DNA from: Prorocentrum cordatum
Lineage: Eukaryota
Assembly (NCBI GenBank): GCA_963575745.1
Contig: CAUYUJ010000290.1
Span: 62,001-115,722, forward strand
Direction of reading: 5' to 3'
Length of the DNA: 53,722 nucleotides
The notes beneath the pieces are model-generated. The model did no database searches. It was not told the origin of the DNA and was given only the letters and a program-made list of their open reading frames with translations. Of the stretch, positions 24,881-36,383 are shown piece by piece. How positions within the stretch are numbered: the first letter of the stretch is position 1; each line of letters starts with the position of its first letter. The translations under genes were made by a program, and so were the position numbers.

Positions 24881-25050
24881 GTCGGGGTACTTTTCGCCGG
24901 GGGACCCCCAGGCCAGGGGCCGCTCAAGCCCTTCTGGCCCAAGCTTCTGCTGAGCCAGATCACCTTGTGCTGTTACCATTTGTGTGCTGGCTTGAGAGCC
25001 TCCTTCTGGAGGTTAAAGCAAGGTCTCACGATTCTTTCACCACCTCAGCC

Positions 25051-26289
25051 ATGGCGCCTGCGTCCAGTGCTGTGGCTCCTTGGAGGCGCTCTGCAGCTGC
25101 TCCTGCTGACGACGACGCCGCTTGGTCCGCTTTCTCGGCTAACGGGAAGACGTGGACATGCGGCAGTTGCGGTTGCAAGCGTAACAAAAGGTCGTGGTGG
25201 TTCTGCAAGCATTGCAAGAAGTACCGTGCTGCACCCGACCCCGACACGTATGCCCCCCCCTCGTGGGGAGGCAGTTGGCACTCGAGCGGGGCGGGAGGAC
25301 ACAGCGGCTGGCCTGGCCTTCCGCTACGTTCTGGACCTCAGTTCGACTCGAATGCAGGTCGTCTCGGAGGCGGAGGCGGTGCTGGTCAAGGCTGGGGTGC
25401 GCCTCAGCCCGTGGATCACGGCAACACCTCCATTCCCGAGTTGGAGAATTTGGTGGATTTGCTCACGAAGTGCGGTGACACGATGGGGGCGAGGAAACAT
25501 CAGTCCATCCTGGACCAGAAGCGCCGTGCTGCTGCAGCCCCAGCTGTTCCGCTGCAGGCCAAGGTCAACAAGGCGTTCCATGATCTTCGCCAGCTTCGTG
25601 AGCGCACCGACAAGGCCTGCAATGTCTATGAGAAGATGGAGGCTGAGTTGGCTGTGCAGCGGAGCCGAATTCAGACCCTCACGAATGAGCTCAAGCAGGC
25701 GGAAGAGGTGCACACGGCCCTGGTGGAGCAGCTTCACAAAGAAGTCGCACTCCCTTCGGTTCCAGGCCCGCCTCCCGCCGCTTGTTTGGACATTGCGGCC
25801 ATCATCCAGGGCAAGGCTGAGGAGATCCCGATTTCGATCGACTCACTGCTGGCTCCTCAGCACGACTACGAGATCGCGGGCGATGACCTCGAGGAGGCAA
25901 ATCGCAGGGCGCAGGAGCTCGAGCAGTCTCTTCAGGATGCAGTTCGCAAGTTGTTCGGAGATGCGCTGGTCAGGGCCAAAGCCTTCCAGGCAGACCAGAA
26001 GATGCTCGAGGGGTTCGCTGCCAAGAGGAGGCGCCAGGACGGAGACGAAGCAGCAGAGCCAGCCGCGGGAGACGGGGATCCCGTTCCTCCTGCCGCCGCC
26101 GCCGCCGCGGGGGGCGACAGCGGGGCTGCTGCTGGAGCTGCCTCCTCAGCCCCCCAGGCCGAGTCGCCAGGGGACAGCGTTGCGGCAGATCCCGATCGCG
26201 CAGATGCTCGAGCTCGTGCTGAACGCCTGCTGTCACAGGCTTCCCCCCCCGCAGCCGAGGGGCAGCGGGGGGGCACCGCGACAGCCTGA
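25051..26289 (+). CDS. LINE ORF1: RanBP2-like zinc finger + coiled coil
   Basis: W-x-C-x2-C-x4-N-x6-C-x2-C (WTCGSCGCKRNKRSWWFCKHC), plus a heptad-rich central helix. Confidence 0.85.
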   Translation: MAPASSAVAPWRRSAAAPADDDAAWSAFSANGKTWTCGSCGCKRNKRSWWFCKHCKKYRAAPDPDTYAPPSWGGSWHSSGAGGHSGWPGLPLRSGPQFDSNAGRLGGGGGAGQGWGAPQPVDHGNTSIPELENLVDLLTKCGDTMGARKHQSILDQKRRAAAAPAVPLQAKVNKAFHDLRQLRERTDKACNVYEKMEAELAVQRSRIQTLTNELKQAEEVHTALVEQLHKEVALPSVPGPPPAACLDIAAIIQGKAEEIPISIDSLLAPQHDYEIAGDDLEEANRRAQELEQSLQDAVRKLFGDALVRAKAFQADQKMLEGFAAKRRRQDGDEAAEPAAGDGDPVPPAAAAAAGGDSGAAAGAASSAPQAESPGDSVAADPDRADARARAERLLSQASPPAAEGQRGGTATA

Positions 26290-26683
26290 CTATTCTCGCC
26301 CGAGCCACATCGACGGTCTTGGGCCCGTTTTTGCGGGCCAGCCGTCTTACTTGTCTAACTTTAGTCTCTCGGCCTCTCGGCCTCACCTCCGTCGTTTCCT
26401 CCGCTCCCGTGGTGCGTGTCCCTCAGGCTGTGGCCTGAAGGCTGCTGTTCGTCACACTTGCTGGAGGGCCAAACGAATTTTGTCTGGTGATGGTCAGAGG
26501 CTCGACTCCCTGCAGGTTACCCTTTCCAAGCCTGCCGATTTTGCTCGGCCTAGCCCAGCTTACCCAGTGTTAGCTGCGCCTGGCTCTCAGTGCCCGATTG
26601 AGGTGGTGCCAGGCCCCAGGATCTCCCAGGCTCCCCTCCCGTGCTCTTTCCCTGCCCCTCCTGGCCTCCTGGAGCCTGAAGGG

Positions 26684-29600
26684 ATGAGCTCGGTCGCTTT
26701 GTCAGTCCGAACTCTCAACTGCAACAGTTGGGGCACCCTTAAGAAGATGTTACCTCACACGCCTTCAGCGGTCCTGATGGTGCAGGAACACAGATTGGCG
26801 GGTAGTGAAGAAGTCGCCCAGGCCTCCTCCTGGTGTGCCCGTAATGGCTGGAAATCGTTGTGGACCCCAGCTACTCTCACGGATAAAGGCACGTCAGGGG
26901 GCACTGCTTTGCTTGTGAAAAGCTGGCTTGGTCTGTTTCCCCCCCCCTTCTGGACACGCTATCGTTCCTGGTCGGGCCACTCACGGGATCATTCAGGTTC
27001 CTGGTGGTCTCAGCTACCACATGTTTTCGGTTTACCTGCATGATGGGGAAGGTTTGACTGAGCGTAATCTGGAGCTCTTGAGTTGCGTAGGCGCCTGTGC
27101 TACTACGAGCTGCTCCTGTTTTGTCGTGGGAGGAGACTTCAACGTCTCTCCTTGCGAGCTGGAGAGCAGCAAGTTTGTCTCCCAGCTTCAGGGCCAGATC
27201 ATCATTCCTGGAGGTCACACTCATTTTGGTCAGGGGGCCCCCTCCACCCTTGACCACTTCGTTTGCAGTGGGGGGCTTGGAAAAGCTGTGGACTCCTGCT
27301 GGATCGATCTGACGACGGAGCTTAGTCCCCATCGTCCCGTGGAGCTTCAGTTCCACCGATCCCCTGCCACCCTCAAGGCCCTCAGTTTTAGGAAGCCACC
27401 GCCGCTGCCGAGAGACCGAGTCATAGGTCCGATGCTTCCCCCACCGTGCTGGGACCATGTGATCTCGCGAGCTCAGGCTGGTCTTGATGCTGTCGCCGCA
27501 GGCGACGCCGAGGCTGCCCTCAGCCACTTGTCGCCGGCCTATGGAGCGTGGGCTGATAAGGCGGAGGAGGAGCTGGTCCACTTGTTGGGGGCGGATCTGG
27601 TGAAGGCAGGATGCAGGAGCAAGGGGCCTCAGCTCGTGTGGCGCAGCTTAGTAGGCCGAGATTCTCAGCCAAGGTATCCCGAGCACCGCGCCATCTGCTG
27701 GCTGGTGGCTCAGTTTCGCGCTTTTATGGGGCTGCTGCGGGCCGACCAAGGTTGTGGGAGCCAGGCCGCCAGCTTGCATGCTTTGCTTGCTAGCCCTCCT
27801 CCCGCGATTTCTCGGCACTCTAGCAAGTATGCCTCTTCATTCAGCCGTGTTAAAGATTTTACTGCTGCTTTGCAGGGCGCTCTCCGCCAGGCCCCTTCTG
27901 AGCAAATTGTGAAAGGTGATGAGCTCCTGTGCACCCTCATCACTGTCTTGGAAGGGGCCAACGGGGAGTATCGGTCCAAAGCGCAGTCTGACTGGAGAGC
28001 CTGGCTCACGGAGGGCCTTGATCAAGGGGCTCGTCGGGTGCACGCGATTGTCCGTGACCCCACCCCCTGGGTCCCTACCACGACCCTCGCCAGAGATGGA
28101 TCTGTTGTTGCCGACCCCCTTTCTCTGTTGTCCCACGAAGGCACCAAGTTTGCCAAGTTTTGGGATGTCGGAGCTGGCAATCCTGTGGGTTGCACTTTGG
28201 TGGAAGCTCTCCCCAGGGCCGATCCCGCTCAGTTGCGGGCTGTCAGCAAGAAATATAAGAGAACCTCGGCTGTCACTTATGACGGGTTTGATTGCCGTCA
28301 CTATCACCTTCTGTGTGACGACGGACTGGTTGCGCTTGGCATGCTCTTTCAGCTGATGGAGTCGGTTGGCCAACTTCCGCGCCAGATTTCTGCGGTGTTG
28401 CTTGCCCTGCTCTCGAAACCCAGCGGTGGCTACAGACCGATAGGGGTGTTCTGCTCCTGGTATAGGGTCTGGGGACGCCTCAGGCGTCCCCTTGCCTTAC
28501 ACTGGGAGCAGCAACACCCCCGTCGGTACTGGGCTGCGGGGGCGTTTCGTGGAGCTGCGGATGTCGTCTGGCGTCAATCGTTTCGCGCTGAGACGGGGAC
28601 CTCTAGAAAGGAAGAGAGTGCCAGCGTCTTCTATGATATGCTCAAGTATTATGAGACGATTGACTTAGACGTTTTAGAGCAGCGATGTCACCAACATAAT
28701 TTCCCGACTGTGCTGACTAGGCTTACCCTTTATGCGTATAGGTGTGGCCGCTTTGTCTCCATCGCTGGCATCCTGGATGGGCCGCACTTTGTGCGGAAAG
28801 GAGTCATTGCGGGCTGCAGCATGGCCACTACTCATATACGCATTTATGGTTTGTCTTCGTTCGAAAAGCTCCCCTCTGTCCCCTCTGTTGATTTTGACAT
28901 TTATATTGACGATACTGGAGTGTCTTGCACGGGGTCCAGAGCACATGTTGTCTCGTCCATTGTTACCGTCTCTCTCGCTCTTCATCATGCTATTACTGAT
29001 GAGAATGAGATGAACTGTCAGCTTGCTCTCGACAAGATTTGTACCGTTGCGTCCTTCAAAGGCCTGGCCACCGCGCTGGCTGCGGCCCTGGGGCAGTTTG
29101 GAGGCAAGTTCACTGCCTCGACTGTGAACCTCGGAGTCGACTACAGTGCTGGCACCTCGGTCAGGGCCTCAGGGCGGAGCTCGAAGCTCAAGAGCCGTGT
29201 GGCGCTGCTCTGCAGGAAAGCCCGTCGTCTCAAGCGTCAGGCAGGTTACCTTGGTCGCAAAGCCCTCAGAATTTTCGCTGCGGGCCCCCTCCCTGGAGGG
29301 GCCTATGGGGCGGACATCCTGGGGGTGAGCGACCAGGTCCTCCTAACCATGAGGCGGCAGGCTTTCAAGACTGTGAGGCCTTTTGCCAAAAGTAGGTCTC
29401 TCACGGCGGTCAGCCTTCTGTCGGAGGACCCGTGCTGGCGAGCTGCTTCGGCTCCCATCCTGCGTTGGAGCAAAGAGGTCTGGCTGGCCCAAACTCGCGA
29501 GTTCCCCTGGTCCATTCCTCATAGGGAGCTCCGAGACGGTTTCAGGAGTGTGTTTGCGCTGCCTAGGGTTACTTGGCCTACTGTTAAGGGCCCCGTGTCT

Positions 29601-31535
29601 GCCCTTCGCCTTACCCTCCTTCGCCTCGGTTGGACCATGGTTGACTATGCCACTATCTTGGACGACCGAGGTTATCGTTTGCAGCTCGGCCTGATTCCCC
29701 CCGAGTTGTTGGAAACTATGTGCAAAGAGGCCTACATGCGTGGGCTCGAGCGGGATCTTGGGGGCAAATGGGGGCTGGATTGCAGGGCGTGTCTGGACAT
29801 TCCCAGAGCTGCTTGTGTCAGTAAGAAGTTCTCTCCTGCGCAGAGGGGCTGGATTCGGGCTTGCTCTTGTGATGCCATCTGGTCTGCGGACAAGGCCTTG
29901 GCATGTGGGTATCAGGTAGACCCGCTTTGTCCTCTTTGCTCTGCTTCGCCCGACTCAGTGTTTCACAGGCTTTGGCAGTGCACGGCGACGGAAGTCCTAG
30001 AGTCGCGGACTCAGCTGGTCCCGGCCTCAGTTGTGCAAGATGCCATCGCCGTGTGGACAGCTCAGGCGGAACCCGACCCTCATGTGCGAGCTCTTTATAC
30101 CAGAGGAGCTTTCGCTCATCCCGCCGACGTGTTGCCGCGTCCTGTTGAGGAGGGAACGAATGCCCTTCAGTTCGTTTGGCATTGTGACGAGCTTCCTAGC
30201 CCTGAAGGTCCCAGGGTCCCAGTGAACGGGGAGATGTGGGGGCACGTCTTTATAGATGGGTCCTGTCAGCGCCACCCGATCAAGGAATTGTCTAGAGCTG
30301 CCTATGCGATTACTATGAATGCTGAGGATGGCACGTGCCTTGGAGAGGCGAGAGGCCCTGTCTGGGCTCATCTTCCTCAGACGCCTCAGGCGGCTGAATA
30401 TGCTGCCAGATGTGTTGCCGCACAGTTCTTGGTGTTGCCGACCACTATTTATTCGGACTGTGCGAACGTTGTGTCTCACAGCACATTGCCCTTGCCTGAG
30501 AGGTACTCGGGCAAGAGGTCTTATTCAGGAATGATCATGTGTGCCAACAACTTTGAGGGCCGCCTTTTGGAAGGAATTGTTAAGGTCAAAGCTCATTTAG
30601 ATGTGCACCAGGAGGGCATCTCCGAGAGAGAACGTTTCCTCAGGCGTGGAAACGCTGATGCGGATGTGGGGGCTAAACATGCCCTTCAGCTTCACCCATC
30701 AGACCCGACCGAACTTGCCAATGTGGACAAGCTTGTGGAAGCGGCCAGGGGTTATTGCATCCTTGCTGCTAACTTGCTTCCTCTTTGGCCTGAGCTCTCT
30801 CTCGACGTTCCCTATCTCCCTCCTCCTCCTGCTGGGCATTTAAGCTCCCGCAGTAAGGTTGGCCATCGTTGGGAAGTCTGGGCTGACGTCTGGAGGTGTG
30901 CGGTGTGCCTCCGCGGGAACAGGGGCTCGTCTCGGCCCCCCCCTGGAAGGTGCCCCCAGGATTCCAAGCTGCATGCGGCTAGGCAAGATGCCCTTGGGCA
31001 TAGGACTGTTGCATTCGACTGTTCTGACAAGACAGTGCTTTTCATATGCCTTAAATGTAAATGCCACTCCACAGGTGGCAGGATTAGAGGCCTAGGCGAA
31101 GTTTGCAAGAAGCCCACCCGTGCGGGCCGTCAGGGTTGGGCCGCCTTGTGCAAGGGTATTCACCCGCAGTACTCCAAGTCCAGCAAAGGTGTCACAGTTG
31201 ATGACACCTCGCTTGTGCGTTGCTTCAACTCGTATTTGGTTTCGAATCCTCAATTTTCGGAGGAAGATGTTTCTAGCTCTGTGCCCTCTGGCCCGTCTGG
31301 CAGTGCGGCCAGCGCTGGAGGGCAAGAGCGTCCCAGCTTCACAGTTCCAGCTATTGCAGCCACTGCCTGCGCTCATGCCAGCAGCGTTGCGCCCAGCTCT
31401 TCCTCGAGTGATGTGGTCGCCTCGGCCTCAGCCACCAGGGAGTGCTTGAATCGCATTGCTGCGTCTCTCCGCTGCGAAGCGGAAGACTTGGGAACGGGTG
31501 GGACAGTGGAGGTGGGGTCGGGAGATTCGGATTGA
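26684..31535 (+). CDS. LINE ORF2 (endonuclease, reverse transcriptase, zinc finger, RNase H) with a single frameshift at the C9 run ~26939-26947
   Basis: APE: LNCNSW, VQEH, GGTALL, SVYL, GGDFN, TLDHF, SPH. RT: KPSGGYRPIG, DMLKYYE, GVIAGCS, YIDD. CPLC..HRLWQC. RNase H: FIDGS, AAEY, YSDC, KVKAH, GNADAD. Confidence 0.93.
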
Positions 31536-32279
31536 ATTTCAGTGTTCTCGCCTGCCTTTCTCTTTTGGCAGGGTTGAACCTGTTGTTCGTGCGTTGGCCT
31601 TCGGAGCCTCTCCTTACTTTCAGTTTCTGTTCTCAATCTTATCCTCGGCCGTGCTTTGCTTCCTGGGCTTTCAGGCTGTTGTGGCATAGGTTGCTGCCCG
31701 CGACCTAAGCGGCGACCGCCTGTCCGCTTAGGACGCTCTCCGCGTTGCCGATTTTTGCCAGTTGAGGGTCAGCTGGTGCCTGTCCTCGCCTGTCCGTCGC
31801 CTCTGTGACAGGCTTGGCTCTTGTTTGGCGAATTTATTTCTTTTTGTGCACTGTCTCTGGCATGTCTGGCAGACAGTGGGAGCCCGAGCCGAGGGTCGAT
31901 CCGTGCGGGGAGGGGGCCATAGTGGGCGCTCCGAAAGGAACTCGCGAAGCCCCCTCCCCAAAGCGGCTCTCGCCGAGGCGAGGTCTTTCAGTGCTGGCAG
32001 GTCCCGCCCTGCCAGTTCTCTGCACTATGCGGTGGGTCCGTGGAGATCAAAAAAAAAGGCCAGGGGCCGCCCCGCGCGCCCGAACTAGAAGAATTGTGAA
32101 CCAGTTACCAGAGATTTTAGCACGCCTCTGGCCCGTTGGGCCGGCGAATTGCGCGCCGTGGGGCTGAGCATCTGATTGCGGGCTGCTGCGGAGCAGGCGT
32201 GCACAGGCGCGCTGCATTCCGTGTGGGGCACGATCTACATGAAGGGGGGCGCCGAATAATGCAGATGCCTTCGCGCGAG

Positions 32280-32890
32280 CCCGCGGCTGCAGGTGGAGCT
32301 CCATGTGGGGCACGGCCCGTGTGAGGCATGTGCCAGCATTGGCGGAGGGGCGCCATGCGAAGCTGCCCATTAGGGCCATAGGTGGAGCTCGTTCCAGGGC
32401 ACGATTCGCGCGAGTAGTGTGCCGACATGGGTGGAGGCTCGATTTGCAAACCTTGTCTCTGGGGCTGTAGGTGGTGCTCCCCGTTGGGCACGTTCCGCGT
32501 TAGAGATGTACCGCGATGGGCCGGGGGGCGCTATGCAAACCTTGTCTCTGGGGCCGTCGGTGGAGCTCCCTGTGGAGCACGGTGAGCGTGAGAGGTGTGC
32601 CGAAGTTGGCGGGGGCTGGCGGGATGTGAACTCCCTGCAGAGCACGATCCGTGTGAGAAATGCGCCGACGTTAGTGGGGCGACACTATGCGAAGCTTCCC
32701 CTTCAGTGCAATTACCTGCGGGGCAGTGCTATCCGCGTGAGCGCTGTGCCGCTATGCAATGGGGCCGTAGGTAGAGCTCCCTGTGGGGCACGATCCCTGT
32801 GAGGGATGTGCCGACATAGGTGGCGGGCTGTAGATGGAGTTCCCTGAGGGCATGATCCGTGCGAATGATGTGCCGAAATAGGCGGGGAGA
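32280..32890. repeat. Diverged, inverted copy of the ~90-bp satellite
   Basis: GGTGGAGCTCCCTGTGGGGCACGATCCGTGTGAG..TGTGCCGA is the approximate reverse complement of the 13400-14630 unit. Confidence 0.8.
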
Positions 32891-34439
32891 CGCTATTCAG
32901 ATATTTGTTCCCACGATAGCGCAGGTGTTCCCACGTGGTGATCGTGGTGGGATGGCGTGCGTACCCATCCGCTGATTGATGTGAGGCTGGCTTTGCCTCG
33001 GCTAGAACATAAGTGCGCGAAACGTGCGTGCTTTTCTAGTGATGATATGTGGTGCAACCTATGTGGTGCTGACTACTTGCTACAATCGATGGCGTGCCAG
33101 ATATGGGTGCGTTCAATGTGTTGCAAAACGTGGGCGGCGATAGTTGTATGCATCCAGAAACGCCAGCCGCCGCATGGGGCGCGCCCGAGTCGCCCGAGGG
33201 CACCCAACGGGCGAAAACTCGGAACGTCCAGCCAGCGCACAGGGCGCCCACGAGGCGCCCACGGGCTCCCTTCGCACAAAAACCTTGAACACCGAGCCAA
33301 CGCACGGGCGCCCACGAGGCGCCCATGGACACCCACCGGGCCCAAACCCGGAACATCAAGCGAGTTTCAGCACTACAAACTGAGAATACCTAGGTGCAGA
33401 CCTTGGTTTGGGAACTGGGGCTCGTCCGGAAATTTCAACTGCGGCTCCCGCCAAGAAACACCCATAAGGCTCTAGCGTGTCAATCGGGCATCGCAACGTA
33501 TTGCAGGCACCGTAAGGCACTATCGACAGGTACCACCCATGGAGCAGCAGGGCGGCAACCAGCAATCGCAACACATGGAGCGTAACATATTTGAGCGTCG
33601 TATGTATCAAGGCACGGGGTACCACCCATGATGTACCAGGGCGACAGCCGCCAATCGCAACGAAGTGGGGTATTACAGGGCACCGCCCGTGGATCGCCAG
33701 GGCGGCACCGAATACATCAAATTCCTTCCGAAGCATGTGCGAAACCAAAGTGCAAACATCATTTAGGGAAGAATGAAGATCAGGAACATTACCACTACCA
33801 GCTATTGCGTAATCGTTCGTTCCGCTGTGCATAGGCGGATCAAAAAAAAAGGCGGAGGAGAAGGACGAGTGGATGGAGGAGGAGGAAGGGCATGTCGCGA
33901 GAGGTCTTGCACTCGGTGCCGACGGACCGAGCGGGCGTCGAAGGTCCCTGGTTTGTTGCCTCTGCCGCGTGGGCGCGAGAGCACCCCCATCCATCTTCTT
34001 CGTCGTCGTCCTCCTCCGTTTCCTCCTCCTGCGAGTTACGGCGTTGAAGCGGCGGGGATCCCGGCGCGGGCGTTCAATGTTGAAGGCCGCCAGTGGCCTG
34101 GAATCGGTCGATATCGAACGACCTGCGCAATCAGAAAGCCGTGATTGTTCAAGGTTTGACGATCCGCGCGGTGTCAGGAATCAACGTTGACGTCGTCACG
34201 ATCTTTCCCTTTCATGGTCCTCCTCATGCTGCTGTGCTGCTGCTGCTGCTGCTCCTCTCCTGAGCGCGAGATCATCCGGGCGCAGCGCCCAAGACCGCCC
34301 CTCGCGCCCGGGCCGCTGCTGGAAGCCCCGAGCCATGTCGAGCAAGTTCGCCAAGAGCTTCCAGATCCCGCCGGACCTCCATGGAGGAAGGAAGGAGGAG
34401 GAATGGACGAACATGGAGGATGGGGATCAAGGAGTTCGA

Positions 34440-34565
34440 TGTAGAGGACGAGGACGGGGAGCAGGACGAGGAGGAGGACAAGGAGGAGGACGAGGAGGAG
34501 GAGGACGAGGAGGACTAGGAGGAGGAGGACGACGAGGAGGAGGAGGAGGAGGAAGAAGAATAAGA
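34440..34565. repeat. (GGA)n microsatellite
   Basis: Direct reading. Confidence 0.95.
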
Positions 34566-34669
34566 GAAGCAGGATGATGGACCGCGATGAGGAACGAGGA
34601 CGGATTAGGAGGCGTGCAGGGCATTGGCACGTGGTTTGTGATACCAATTGTATTGAGTGGCTCAGAGCA

Positions 34670-35067
34670 GGGTGATGGTCATAACGGTGATGTTGGTGGT
34701 GATGATGATGATGCTGATGATTGAGATGATGATGCTGATGATGATGACGATGATGATGCTGATGATGATGATTATGATGACTGATGATGACTGATGATGA
34801 TGACGATGATGATGCTGATGATGATGCTGTTTCTGGTGATGAGGATGCTGATGATGATGATGATGCTGATGATGATGATGATGCTGATGCTGATGATGAT
34901 GATGAATATGATGATGATGCTGATGATGATGATGGTGGTGGTGATGATGATGATGACGATGATGATGATGATGGTGATGACGATGATGATGCTGATGATG
35001 ATGCTGCTTCTGGTGATGATGATGCTGATGATGCTGATGATGGTGATGATGATGATGATGGTGATGG

Positions 35068-35116
<49 letters not shown>

Positions 35117-35214
35117 GGTGGTGATGATGATGATGACGATGATGCTGATGATGATGCTGATGATGATGATGCTGATGATGCTGATGCTGATGCTGATGAT
35201 GCTGATGCTGATGC

Positions 35215-35249
<35 letters not shown>

Positions 35250-35458
35250 GTGATGATGCTGATGATGATGATGGTGATGTTGATGTTGATGATGCTGAAT
35301 ATGATGATGATGATGCTGATGATGATGATGATGCTGATGCTGATGCTGATGATGATGATGATGCTGATGATGATGATGGTGGTGGTGGTGGTGGTGATGA
35401 TGATGATGAGTATGACGATGATGCTGATGCTGATGCTGATGATGATGATGATGCTGAC

Positions 35459-35494
<36 letters not shown>

Positions 35495-35616
35495 TGACGA
35501 TGACGATGACGATGATGATGACGATGATGATGATGATGATGATGATGCTGATGATGATGATGATGCTGATGCTGATGATGATGATGATGCTGATGATGAT
35601 GATGATGATCATGATC

Positions 35617-35691
<75 letters not shown>

Positions 35692-35698
35692 CTGATGG

Positions 35699-35739
<41 letters not shown>

Positions 35740-35816
35740 CTGATGATGATGATGATGATGTGATGATGATGGTGGTGGTGGTGGTGGTGGTGGTGGTGGT
35801 GATGATGATGATGATT

Positions 35817-35906
<90 letters not shown>

Positions 35907-35918
35907 CTGATGATGGTG
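34670..35918. repeat. Degenerate (GAT)n array
   Basis: About 1.25 kb. Confidence 0.98.
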
Positions 35919-36383
35919 GGGGTGCGTGCACGGGCATGATTCGCGGGGAGTGGGGTGTCGTAGCGTCAGCAGCAGAGCGGTGCAGCGTCGCTTGCTTTGC
36001 AGCCCCTTTTGGTTCAGGGCGACATGTTCGTCCATGTCCCGCCGAACCTCCCTGCTTGGGCGATTCTCGGTTGCAGGTAGCCCACCTCGGCCAGGAGTAC
36101 GTGTCTGAGGTGGCCTGGGAGCGCGAGGCCGCCATATCGCGCTCGGCGGGAGGATCACCGCCCGCTCCCGTACCCGAGGCACCCTCGGGACCGCTCGGCC
36201 TCGAGCCGACCTGGCCGTCCGTCGAACCGCTGGAGTGCCCAGTGGCAGAGGCGGTGGAGGAACAGGACACGCTGGCCTGGAGCTGGTCGCTCGCCTGGTG
36301 GGTCGGGCACGTGGCTGGAGGCGTGCTGTGACGGCTCCGCCGCGAACAGCGCCAGGCCGCGCAGGCCGAGCACACCAGCGGAG

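Larger units (their letters stand above)
24924..32057 (+). mobile_element. Full-length non-LTR retrotransposon (LINE; ORF1 + APE-RT-ZnF-RNaseH)
   Basis: Identical 13-bp TSD GGCCAGGGGCCGC at 24911-24923 and 32058-32070; A9 tail at 32049-32057; two ORFs. Confidence 0.95.
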
